Assembly: GCA_030264375.1 (NCBI GenBank)
Contig: JASCQW010000061.1
Location: forward strand, 113,254,610 to 113,318,609
Length of the DNA stretch: 64,000 bases
Source of the DNA: Carcharhinus longimanus
Taxonomy: Eukaryota
Direction of reading: 5' to 3'
The position numbers and the translations under genes are program-made. Shown in pieces: positions 13,362 through 25,359 of the stretch. Within the stretch, counting starts at the first letter, position 1. Every line of letters begins with the position of its first letter. The notes under the pieces were generated by a model, which saw only the letters and a list, made by a program, of their open reading frames with translations, ran no database searches and was not told the DNA's origin.

Positions 13362-13432
13362 CACACTCATGTTCCGAGGTTGATTCCCTTAATAACCAGC
13401 AATTGTACTTCAAAGTCAGTGGCTGTGAGGAG
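13362..13432 (+). CDS. CLASP2: CLASP2 coding exon D (TOG2), 71 nt, phase 0/2
   Basis: Boundaries tttcatgcag|CAC...AGGAG|gtaaga. Translates HTHVPRLIPLITSNCTSKSVAVR(R). Confidence 0.96.
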
Positions 13433-14439
13433 GTAAGATATTGGAATAAAGGCTTTAACTCTTGTGTAGCTATTGGAAACCAAGAAAAACTGGCTACGTG
13501 TTTAAAGTCCGTTTTCAGTAAACTTTAAAATGTCAGAAATGGTGTGGCATTAATAGGGCCTATAAGAGTGGCAAACATGATGGGCAAAAAGTCTTAGGCA
13601 GGAGTCGAAATTTGTTTCCCAACTTAAGATTCAGTCAGTGTTGTGTCAGTGGTGGAATGAGCATCATGTCATGGGCAGTGGGAGCATACTTAGCATGCAT
13701 CTGCGTACCATGAATACTCATTAAATGAGAACTGCATTAAGTCCTACCTTAAGTCAACAGCATATGAAAAACCAATGCCCCCTGTTCCCCCACAGTTTAA
13801 AGGTGGTCTACATTAGGCAAGGTTGTTCATTCTTTGATCCTGGGTGATCTTTGTCTGACTCATTGGCACAGAGAACGAGAGCAGGGTAGCAGATCCAGAG
13901 TAGCCAGGACAAAGGAGTCCTGGATAGAAAATGGTGGTGATTCGGTCCTCAAAGGGTGCAGCGGTTGGGCTGGCAAAATGGTGGTGTTGGTTGATTCCTC
14001 AGACAGCACAATAGCAAAGCACTGGCATGTGTGGGGACAGCAGGGAAGGAGGTGCCTGAAGGGAGCCAGTCTCCATCCTTTAGGGGGAGGGGTCTGTCAT
14101 TGCAGAGGTCTGGTCCTGTGTGTCCAAGGAAGACAGTAGTACCATACATGATAATTCAACAATAAGGAAATGGATATCAAGCGTGAAGCCAGGAAGATCC
14201 AGCTCAACGTGGGTGGCTCAGTCATCTGAGGGTTGGTTGGGAGATACCTATGGCAGATCAAGAATGATGGAGGGGAACTCTAGGATGACAGCAGGAAAGC
14301 CAACGGTGTCAGATGGAAGGTTGAAGGCCACTGACTCTTGGTCATTTATGATGTTTGGCATTGATGGAAAATGGGAGACAGCTTGAAGATGACAAAAAAG
14401 GGTAGATATGGATGAGCTGCAGTGTCACTATATGTGTCT

Positions 14440-15405
14440 GTCATAGAGGTTTACAGCATGGAAAGAGGACCTTCTGCCCAACTTGTCCATGCCACCCTTT
14501 TTTTTTAAACCACTAAGCTAGTCCCAATTGCCCGTGTTTGGTCTATATCCCTCTATACCCATCTTACTCATGTAACTACTCTAAATGCTTTTTAAAAGAC
14601 AAAATTACACCCGCCTCTGATATTACCTCTTTCAGTTTGTTCCAGACACTCGCTACCCTCTGTGTGAAAAGTTTGCCCCTCTGGACCCTTTTGTACCTCT
14701 CCCTTCTCACCTTAAACCTATGCCCTCTAATTTTAGACTCCCCTTACCTTTGGGAAAAGATGTTGACTATCTATCTGATTTATGCCCTTTATTGTTTTAT
14801 AGACCTTGCCAGCACTGTACACAGTATTCCAAGTATGATCTTACCAATGTCTTGTACAACTTCAAGACATCCCAACTCCTGTATTCAATGTTCTGGCCAA
14901 TGAAACCAAGCATGCCAAATGCCGCCTTCACAACCTTGTCCGCCTGTGATTCCATTTTCAAGGAGCTATGAACCTGTACCCCAAGATCTCTTTGTCCTGT
15001 AACTCTCACCAATGCCCTACCATTAATTGAATAAGTCCTGCCCCTGGTTCAATTTACCAAAATGCATCACCTTGCATTTATCTAAATTTTACTCCATCTG
15101 TCATTGTCAGCACACTGGCTCAATTGATCAAGATCCTGTTACAATCCTAGATAACCTTCTTCACTGTCTACTGTACCGCCAATCTTGGTATCATCTGCAA
15201 ACTTACTAACCATGCTTCCTAAATTCTCCTCCAAACCTTGCGGCACACTGCAGGTCACAAGCTTCCAGTTTGAAAAACAACCCTCTACAATCACCCTCAG
15301 TCTTCTGTATCAAGCCAATTTTGTATTCAAATGGCTACCTCACCCTGGATCCGGTGAGATTTAACCTTATGCAACAACCTACCAAGCGGTATCTTGTCAA
15401 AGACC
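14440..15405 (-). mobile_element. CR1 LINE 3' fragment
   Basis: ORF 14797-15012(-) reads QRDLGVQVHSSLK...LKLYKTLVRSYLEYCVQ. CR1 tail at about 14440-14500. Confidence 0.9.
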
Positions 15406-16129
15406 TGGTTGCTAAGAAAGTTTGAGCTTGCAGATTGTTTTTGTGGGAGTAGGTCGCAATGGAATGAAAGGAGTCCTGGGTGTGGTCCATGGTGGTTTGG
15501 TTGCGGGGGGGGGGGGCGGCGGTGATGCATTCCCATTAGTTAAGTGCAGCTGCTATGGGAATGAAGTCCATGTTAATGGACATACACTGACCATGCAGCT
15601 TAAGCTTATCCACATCCTTCTTGCTCTATCATTTTTGAGCTTCCTCCCAGCTTCTTTGACCCTCCTATAACTCGGCTGAATAGGTTCACTTTGTTGATTT
15701 GCAATGGGCCTCATACGCCCAATAATTCAGCAGCCTTAGGCGATAGAGAAGATGATTCACCGGAGAAGGACTGTAGTTGCACAACAGAGGTCACAAGGTT
15801 ATCAACTGGTAGACAGGAGAAACCCAACCAGGGTCGTCATTATTGCCGAAGAACATTGGAGTGCCAGCGCTTGTTAGAAGATCCACTAGCTACCTTCTGT
15901 CTGAGCTGGTAATGCCTGAGAGTGGTAAGCCTTTGCTGTGAAGTGATCATTGACCTGTGTATACTCCTTCAATGAGACCTGCAACTCCAATGGATTTGGA
16001 AGGAATCCCATGCCAGTTGCTCTGAGGATAGCTGTGTCCCTAGTCCCTAAATTTCTACACCAGTGACTCATCCCGGGGCTCCATGGGGGACATGTTTGGC
16101 ATTTCTTGGGCTTTAACACTTGTAAGCTT

Positions 16130-16690
16130 TGGGGAGGTGGCCAGTACCATGTTCAGAAATGCCAGTGAATTTATTCTGTTTGCAACACATGCTAATAGCC
16201 AGGTCGCGTGAGCAGAGCTTCCGGGAAATAGCCAGTTGCAGTTGTCAATTGGAAGAGGGTCTCACTCCCTTAATGTTGAAGTAGTGTTTGCCTGAAAGTC
16301 TGAAAAGAATGATGCCATTGTGTGCTAATTTCCATTAACTTCTCATGACTCATACATTTTACAGAACTCCCAACTGCCAAGGCTGTTTGAGACCCTGCCT
16401 AAGTGCAGGATTTGATTTTGGGTGACAACAGCTATCCCTTGAGGACATGGCTCATGATATCAGTGAGTCATCTCCACAGTCCTGAGGAGGAACATCCCAA
16501 TGCAGCATATGGATTGACCAACACATTCTCAGAGCAGACCATAGGATTGCTGAAAATATACTTGACTGCCTTAATCCGTTTAGCAGAGCATTGCAGTACA
16601 TGCCACAGTGGTATGCAGGATTGTTGTAGTCAGGTATGTTTGACACAATACTGCAATTCACAGGGGAGAGGAATTGCCATGAGATGAAAT
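16130..16690 (+). mobile_element. PIF/Harbinger transposase remnant
   Basis: LILGDNSYPLRTWLM...SEQTIGLLK matches the Harbinger DDE motifs GDxGYPL and IExxxGxLK. Upstream GSHSLNVEVV resembles GFHSLNVQLV. Frameshifted. Confidence 0.8.
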
Positions 16691-17905
16691 GGGGGAGCTC
16701 AGAACCTCCTCGGGTGTCAGTGATGGAGACAACTATACAGACGAGGGCAGAGATATTGGTGTACCTCTCCATAATTCCAGGGCAATGGGGAGACATGCCT
16801 GGATTGTCAGGGACAACCTCATCTTTAATCATTTTGCTAAGGAATGAGACTGGCATGATTATCAACACTTCATGTGCAACCTTTTGCCTGCACTGTGTTC
16901 ACCCCTACAAGTATCTATTTGGAGCTACCTCACAGACCAAATCCTCCAATCCATAGAAGGTCAAAGGAAGTGGATGTTTATCTCAGAATTAAAAAAAAAA
17001 TGGCTTTACACTGCCACATATTTAACTGAAGCTATTATGAGCCATCTTTCTGCTATTTGCCCCCATTGACATGGCATGAGTGCCCAATCACTTTGCATGC
17101 ATGCTTGCTTGCATTTTGAACTTCAGATCTAGATATGGACCAAATAGCTGGCTCCTTTCCCAGTAGTACAATAAGAACCAATTACTTCAGGGTGGAATAA
17201 GGTACAAGAAGCAAATGAAAATGAACATCACCTCCCTCTGCTTAGACATCCCTTTTCTCACAACGTTTCTCTCTCTCCTCCTGACACTAGGCTCACGCCC
17301 CTCCTCCCCCAGAGTCCCCCATCACTCGCCCCGCCACCCTCCCCACCACCACAAACTAATTTCTCAGCTGTCTTTACCCCTCCTAAGGCTGGAAATAGAA
17401 TACAAACATTGTCCTTTTCCACAGTTCTTTCCAGTTACTGCTAACTACGGAATAGACTACATTTACGGAACAAGATGGGCACTTCAAGCTCCCCTACTTG
17501 CTAAACACCTGGATTTGCAAAGTTGCACTGGTTTGTCTTGCAGCTTGCTTTGTAAGATGACATTTTTTTGCCTACTCAGAGATGTTCAGACCCTTAGTAA
17601 ACAAATGATTTAGATTCCTTGAACTCAAGAGATTTTCATGGAACAAACAAAATTTAAGACATGTATCATCATCAAGAGAAAAAAGAACCCTTTCCCGAGG
17701 TAGTCATGTTCTTTCAAATAAAAGCAAATCTGAAATAAAAATGGAAAATGTCATAAATATTCAGCAAGTCAAGCAGCGTCTGTGGAGAGAGGAAGTGTTA
17801 ATGGGTGAAATCTTGTTTGAGGCTTCCATGGTATTGCTGCCTGGAGAGCCAGAATGAAATCCAGGCTGCTTTTTTTTGGAAAGGCCTGTCAAAGCACAAA
17901 CTATG

Positions 17906-18034
17906 ATGTAGAGATGCCGGCGTTGGACTGCGGTAAACACAGTAAGAAATCTCACAATACAAGGTTAGAGTCCAATCAGTTTGTTTCCGAAAGCTTGTAA
18001 GATTACTATCAAATAGTGTTCCTTCGTCAGGTGT
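17906..18034 (-). mobile_element. Penelope terminal-repeat fragment with internal micro-inversion
   Basis: Reads gatgtagagatgccggcgttggactg...cacagtaagaaatctcacaa...ccttcgtcaggtg. Homologous to 12740-12836, 36299-36374 and 45743-45813. Confidence 0.7.
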
Positions 18035-19107
18035 GTGGAAGGTAAACAGGCAATGGTGAAGTCAGTGGCATTCTTTACCCTGAAATCAAAACCCTGGGAT
18101 CCAAGTCTTCCCCGCTGAGAGCTGCTGGCTATTAGGCTGTCACATCTTCTGCACAGTGCCATAGAGAACAAAGTGACTGCTGCTGGAAAAATGCCTACTT
18201 GGAATCACAGGATCTTGAAGTGACACAGGTAACTACCGTGTTGGTAAGTAAGGACTACAGTAGGCGGTGGGCGAGAAGGTTGCCTAGAGGCCTTCCTGCC
18301 CAGAACTTAATGCTGGCTAAGGCATGAAGACTTTGGGGTTTCAGTACACCACCATCCCACCTAATTATATCCCTTTCACACCTCCAAGCTCATTACCAGT
18401 AATAACACAAGATTCTGCCCAGTGTTTCAGTGATGAGTCTTTAACTCTGTTTCTCTTTTCACAGTTGCAGATTAACTTGCTGTGTATTTTATTTTAGCAG
18501 TCTCTGTTTTCGTTCAAGGTCATTTTCATGGGTAGTTTGTGTTGAATTTATCTTCGTCAAAGAATTCTAAAAGAATTACTGCTCAATTTCATTTCTAAAT
18601 TAGTGATAATCAGCAATAAATAAATTAGGCCCATATCAAAGATGAGTTTGCTTAATTTTTGACATTGAGGAGAATAGGAAACGAATAAAACCTTGCATGA
18701 AAACTATTGTAGTTATTCAAAGTAGTATTTTCATGTAAAGTAAGAATTTGTTGCTTTACATTTAACCTTGTTTCACAAGCATGCTCATCAGTTTTCCCTC
18801 TGAAACATGAGAAAAGCACATGCAAAATCATAACATGTATTCACAGTGGGGAGGTCATTATTATGTCACCTATAAATGAAAGCATAATGTAACGAGATAA
18901 TAGTATTTTGGTAAATTTATTCTCCAGAGTGTAAAACATGTCAAAGGTCTTAAAAAAAAAAGTAACTGAGGACATGGTACCTGAGAGGCTAACAGAACAG
19001 AAAATTGTAACAATATTACTTTGAAAATATACCAGGCTTTTGGTCATGGTCATTGTACTGAACTTGGCCTTTTATCAAGGAAGCTGTAGTTTCTTGACTG
19101 GAATCAA

Positions 19108-19126
19108 GTGTGTGTGTGTGTGTGTG
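19108..19126. repeat. (GT)n microsatellite
   Basis: About 9 GT units seen directly. Confidence 0.9.
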
Positions 19127-20307
19127 CGCTCTCAAGTGTGAGGAAGAGACAAAGAGGAATCATAGTTGCAGTAGTCTTGTCCTACTCCTGTGGGCTGGTA
19201 ATGAACAGACTGTACTTGTGCACTCAGGAAGGAGTGGATGAAGTGTTCTTGACTCCTATTCATGTTTTCGAGACAGGAGATTGAAATTTAATTTCAATTT
19301 TGGTAGAACTCTTTCTATGACAGATTAAAATTACAAATAAGTGCTAAAGTTTGATTTATCTTTTTCAACTTTCTCTTTAAACATTATATTAAATTCCTGA
19401 GATAACACTTTGGTTTGTAAATGTACATTTTGTGATGTGAAGGGAAATGCCCTAATTGGCCAGAAGGGATACTTTGCTGCTTTAGATGTTACTCATTTGG
19501 ACAGAAGTTAAAAAGCTAGCTGGGCCCTGAAATATGGTGCAATCCTAGCATGGCTGGCTGATTCATCTGTTCATGTGGACCTTAGAGCCTTTATAATGAG
19601 GAAAATATTTTTGGGCATTGCAGTACCATTGGCAGTTCTTACGATTGTGACGTTTAGAAGGTGATTGTTTTTCGACTGTCACTTAAGTTCAGCATAAAAG
19701 AAAGAGACGCGATCTTCAATGACTCCTGCCTTATAATAAGTCTGTGTGACTTGGGACTGGGCTGGGCCCAGGAGTGACTCTTGAAATGTACACAGTGTGT
19801 CACACCTGAAAACAAAGGCTGAGGCTTACTGTTGACAGACATTCTGGCCTGGATTTTCACACTCGGGTTGGTCACTGGGAATTGGGGAATTTCCAAGCCC
19901 ATAGCACTCAAAGAAAGAAGTACATGAATGGTGGGATCTTGGAGCAGATGGAGTCAGACCCACCACTCCCAGATGCAGATCAGAGGCTGCCACTGGGGCT
20001 GCTGAGTGCCAAGTTTGGTTCTCTGAGAATTTGGCCCAGTCCTTTTCTCAAACATTAAGCCCTTACCCAATTCTCATGCCCATACGTGCTACTCCTGGAC
20101 CCAACCACTTTCAATGGCCCCTAAAACCTTCCATGCCAATCCATGAATCACAGTAAGAAGTCTGACAACACCAGGGTCCCTTAAAGACCACAAAAGAACA
20201 TGCAAATAGGAACAGAAGTTGGCCCCTAAAGCCTGCTGTGTCATTCAACAAGATCATGGCCGATCTGTTAGTGTTTCAAATTCTATATTCTGCTTTACTC
20301 CCAATAA

Positions 20308-20632
20308 CCGTAGAATCCCTCCAGTGCCGAAAGAGGTCATGGAGTCTGCACAGACTGTCCGAAAGAGCATGGACTTCCCCTTCGTCCTATCCCCCTAATC
20401 CGATTTACCATGGTAAATCCACCTAACCAATACATCTTCAGGCACTAAGAGGCAATTTAGCATGGGTATTCTATCTAACCTGCACATCTTTGGACTGAGA
20501 AGAAACTGGAGCACTCAGAGGAAACCCATGCAGACACAGGGAAGACATGCAAACTCCATATAGTCAGCCAAGGCCAGAATTAAACCCAGGTCCCTGGCGC
20601 TTTGAGACAGCAGGGCTAGCCACTATGCTGTC
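20308..20632 (-). mobile_element. HE1/V-SINE-type SINE with CR1-like tail
   Basis: ctaacctgcacatctttggact...gaggaaacccatgcagacacaggg is the reverse V-domain. The tail at 20308 is gtagaatccctccagtgc. Confidence 0.85.
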
Positions 20633-20864
20633 CTGGGAACCTTGGATTCTTGTTAGGCAAGCGAATCCATCTATCCCTGCATTAAAAATATTAATGACCT
20701 CCCCTCCCCGCCCCTGCCCTCTTCTAAGGCAGTATGATCCCAAGTCACATAACCCTCATTCTCTGCCCTAATAGGGCAGCCCATAATTTTAAAACAATAC
20801 CCCTTTTCTGGACTCGCCCACATCCACCTCACCTACTCCCGCCAACTATGGCAAGTTCTGCAAA

Positions 20865-22541
20865 ACTTAACAGCCTACAAGATGAAGGCATGTAAGATCG
20901 CCGGCTCCAATGCTCCGCCCCGATAAGCTCAATGCATTCTGCGCCCGTTTTGAGCAAGAGGTCAGCAAGAGCATGCCCTCCACCCTGGAAGCACTGGATG
21001 AGCCTGTATCTGGGGTCAACATTTCAGGTGTCAGAGCAGTTTTCTCGAAGATCAACCCACAGAAAGCAACTGGTCCAGATGGGATACCTGGACGAGCACT
21101 CAGAACCTGTTGAATCAGCTGGCGGCAGTATTCGCAGACATCTTCAACCTCTACAACAATCTGAGGTCCCCATCTACTTCATGAAGACGATCATCATCCC
21201 AATACCTAAGAAAAAGCAAGCAGCATGCCTTAATGTCTATCGGCCAGTGGCTCTGACGTTGATCATTATGAAGTGCTTCAAAAGGCTAGTCATGGCATGA
21301 ATCAGTTCCAGCCTCCTGAACTATCTGGATCCGCTACAGTTTGCCTGTTGCTGCAACAGGTCCACAGTAGACGCCGTTTCCCTGGCCCTTCACCCAACTC
21401 TGGAACATCTAGATAACAAGGACATCGATGCCAGACTGCTAATTATTGACTACAGCTTAGCCTCCAACACTCCCACGAAACTCATCTACTCCAAACTCTG
21501 GCACCTTCCTTTGTGACTGGATCCTGAGCTTTTCTAACTGTCAGACCACAATCAGTAAGGATAGGCAACAACACCACCTCCACAATCAGCCTCAACACTG
21601 GTGTCCCACAAGTCTGTATTCTCAACCCCCTGCTGTACTCCTTTGTACACCTATGACTGTGTAGCCAAATTCCCTGCCAGTTCGATTTTCAAGTTTGCTG
21701 ATGACACTGCAGTAGTGGGTCGGATCTCAAACAATGATGAGATGGAGTACGAGAATGAAATAGAGAATCTGGTGAACAGGTGTGGCAACGATACTCTCTC
21801 CCTCAATTGTTAACAAAATGAAGGAGATCGTTATCGACTTCAGAAAACATAAAGGAGAACATGTCCTGTCTACATCAACAGGGACAGTCTAGTCTACTTC
21901 GTCCCTGTTGATGTAGACAGGGCCGAGAGCTTAACGTTTTTAGGTGCCCAGATCACCACCAACCTGTCCTAGTTCCCCCCCCCATGCTGACACTACAGTC
22001 AAGAAAACCTACCAACACCTCTACTTTCTCGGAAAACTAAGGAAATTTGGCATGTCAGCTACGACTCTCACCATACAGATGCATCATAGAAAGCGTTCTT
22101 TCTGGTTGTATCACAGCTTGGTATGGCTCCTGCTCTGCCCAAGACTGCAAGGAACCACAAAAGGTCGTAAATGTAGCCCAATCCATCACGCAAACCAGCC
22201 TCCCATCCATTGACTCTGTCTAGACTTGCAGCTGCCTCGGCAAAGTTGCCAACATAATTAAGAACCCCACGCACTCTGGGCTTTTTCTTCTACCTTCTTC
22301 CATCGAGAAAAAGGTACAAAAGTTTGAGGTCACATACCAACCGAGTCAAGAACAGCTTCTTCCCTGCTGCTGTCAGACTTTTGAATGGACGTACCTTGCA
22401 TTAAATTGACCTTTACACTCTGGCTATGATTGTAACACCACATTCTGCGTTCTCTCATTTCCTTCTGAGTGGGATGTTTTGTCTGTATAGTGCGAAAGAA
22501 ACAATTACGTTAATACATGTGGCAATCATAAATCAAATCAA
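20865..22541 (+). mobile_element. Rex1/Babar-type LINE, 5' truncated and degenerate
   Basis: Peptides [40 protein letters not shown] and KFADDTAVVGRISNNDE. 3' end aatcataaatcaaatcaaa. Many stops and frameshifts. Confidence 0.88.
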
Positions 22542-22912
22542 AGACCATTCAAATTCCTACATACTTCAATCAAGTCATCCCTCACCTTCTTGAACTCCAG
22601 TGGAAACAAACCTTATGAAGACAACCCACTCATTCCAGGTTCAATCTCACAAATCAATCTGAATATGTTTACAATCTTCCATAAATATGACCAAGAGTGC
22701 ACATGATATTCAAGATGTCTCTCATTACTGTCCTTGATTTTTATGTTCAATTCTTCTTGCAATAAAATATAGCATTCTATTAGCCTTCTTAATTACTCGT
22801 ATACTAACTTTGTGATTCATACACTAGAACACCTAGATCCCTTAGAATTCTGCAGCTGTTCTCCATTTAACTAATATTCTGCCTTTTTTGTTCCTGCCAA
22901 AGTGAACAACGT

Positions 22913-23575
22913 CTCATAGAGGGACTGATGTATGAGGAAAGATTGACTGACTAGAGTCAGATTGTTTTTGCTGGAGTTGAGATGAAAGGAGGGGGAATCT
23001 CAGAGACTTAAAATTCTAGCAGGACTCGATAGGGTAGACGCAGGGAGGATATTCCCAATTGAGGGAAGTCCAGAACCAGGGGTCACTTTTTGAGGATTCA
23101 GGACACAGAGGGAGGTGCCAGAGTTTGAAATTGGAGATGAGTTTCGTGGGAGTAGTGGTGTTGGAGGCTAAGCGCTAGTCAATAAATAGCAGTCTGGCAT
23201 AGGTGTCCTTGTTATCTAGGTGTTCCAGGGATGTGTGCAGGGCCAGGGAGATGGCATCTACTGTGAATCTGTTGCAGCGACAGGCAAATTGTAGTGGATC
23301 CAGATATTTAGGACGGAGGTGAGGAGACATTACTTCACCCAAAAAGTGGTGAACCTGTGGAATTCATTACCACAGGAAGTAGTTGATGCCAAAACATTGA
23401 ATGTATTCAAGAGGTAGCTGGATATAACTGTTGGAGTGAATGGGATCAAAGGTTATGGGGAAAAAGCAAGGTTAGGCTATTGAGTTAGTTGATCAGCCAT
23501 GATTGTTGTGAATGGCTGAGGAGGCTCAAACGGCCTAATGGACGACTCCTGTTCCTTTCTTCTATGTTTCTATGT
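22913..23575 (+). mobile_element. CR1 3' fragment carrying an inverted Rex1 segment (about 23107-23320)
   Basis: [17 protein letters not shown] and tail cttatgtttctatg. The internal segment is the reverse complement of about 21310-21510. Confidence 0.8.
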
Positions 23576-24695
23576 ATCCATAAATGCCTTAACAGTTAAC
23601 AAAGGTTAATTTAAAGGCAGTGGTGGAAATATACACAAATAAAATATTTGAGGAAGAGAAAAATAATTGTAGCACGCAGCATAAATTAGAATTCAGTTGC
23701 ACATGAAACAACTGGAGGCAGAAATGTGAGAATAAAATGAGAGAACTTGTATTTGGCGTTGAAGTTCAAAAGCTTAAATTAAAATTCCAAAGGGAATAAG
23801 AGAGTTTCAAAGAGTAAAAGTGCAGAAAATCCTTGTGTTTCAAAGAAAAAGATAAAACAAAGAAATAGGTTCAATTTCAGAGAAAAGGAAGGGCAATCTT
23901 GACCAAGAAGAGCTTAAATTATACATGTCAGGAAGGCTGGGAAATGTAATACAACTTTAGGATTTGCAATAGAAAATGAAAAATGAGGAATAAAAGCTCA
24001 TCTATGATTGTGAATTAGCTCAAAACTCCAATAAATATTTGAGCAGGGAACCACAAATTTACTTGTACTTTTAAGTAAATGATCAATTAGTAGTATGACA
24101 GCTGTTGAGGCCCTAAAATATTTTACTTTTTAACCTTGTTTAAATGTGATCTATGCTTTCAATAATTTTTCTATGAGAGCAAACTGCTGTTGAGCTGCAG
24201 TGCTTTGTAATGACATCAACTATTCACTTTTTCCCCCATACTACTTGGACAATACAATCTATCCATTTGTTAGATTTATTTGTTAAATTGGTCTACATAT
24301 TTCATTAAGACAAAAAGGACAAGAGACAGATTTTAGCTCATAAGGCCACTGACAGAGACTGGGTAGGTTGTTGAAATGAGAAAACGATGTTGGAAAATCC
24401 CCATTGTAAGCATCAATTGATGACTAATAGACCAGTGGACTAATTCTTTAAGAAATTAACTAATTTAAAGTTTTCCTTTGCTACCCCAGTTTGTGTAACA
24501 GAAACTCTGAAATGTTTTGCAGTTGACCACATGTATATTTATCTAACACACGGTAATCCAAGCGGCCAAGAGTAACTTCTTCATTATCTGAATTTGTTCA
24601 CTTAAAATTCCAATGTCAACTGAGAGTTTGAGCTCAACATGTAAAGTATTAATTTCATTTGTACAAGATTGACTTTTCCATATTATTATTTGCAG

Positions 24696-24755
24696 ACGCT
24701 GTTACGAATTTTTAGATTTGTTGTTGCAAGAATGGCAAACGCATTCCTTGGAAAG
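24696..24755 (+). CDS. CLASP2: CLASP2 coding exon E (TOG2), 60 nt, phase 2/2
   Basis: Boundaries tttgcag|A CGC...GAAAG|gtgagt. Translates RCYEFLDLLLQEWQTHSLE(R). Confidence 0.96.
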
Positions 24756-24887
24756 GTGAGTTCAGAAATAATTCAAATGAAGGGGGAATCTGTTTATTCA
24801 AAAAGTTTGTGGGAGGAATAAGAAGTTGGGTATTAATGAAAGTGATGCTTGTTAACCCCATTTGAGTAAATTATTTTTTTTTCAAAG

Positions 24888-25182
24888 CTGATTCCCAGGG
24901 TGGAATAGTTAATTACTAGGGGGCATAGGTTTAAGGTGTGAGGGGCAAGGTTTAAGGGAGATGTACGCGGCAGATTTTGTACACAGAGCAGTGGGTGCCT
25001 GGAACTTGTTGTCAGGAGAGGAAGCTTTTAAGGGACATCTTGATGAGTACATGAATAGGATGGGAATGGAGGGATATGGTCCTCGAAGGGCGGGGGATTT
25101 TAGTTAAGTCGGGCAGCAAGGTCGGTGCAAGCTTTTGTGGGGGGAGGGTCTGTTCCTGTGCTGCAAGTTTTCTTCGTTCTTT
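24888..25182 (+). mobile_element. CR1 3' end
   Basis: actagggggcataggtttaagg (TRGHRFK) followed by a CR1 3'UTR-like tail. Confidence 0.8.
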
Positions 25183-25359
25183 GTACCATTTATTTGCAAA
25201 CTTTTCATGATTATTATGAAGCATTACAACTCATAAATCATGTGGAAAATAGATGTGCTAAATATTTGAAGAAAATTTCAAGTTGATATTCTTGCACCTC
25301 TATATAGAGAGTAAAGCTACATATAAACCTTGTGGTGCTTACTTTTTGTAAGAATATTT

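Larger units (their letters stand above)
20195..22912 (-). mobile_element. CR1 3' remnant split by a SINE and a Rex1 insertion
   Basis: Reverse CR1 tail at 20195 (aagaacatgcaaataggaacagaag). CR1 sequence resumes after 22542. Confidence 0.65.

Noticed and set aside
13700-14420. GC-richer block with several short ORFs
   Set aside because: Probably an old TE fragment. I could not recognise a motif or splice-compatible CLASP2 sequence, so it is left unassigned.
16403-16687. Domesticated HARBI1 gene
   Set aside because: Frameshifted and degenerate, with no exon structure. It is a transposon fossil.
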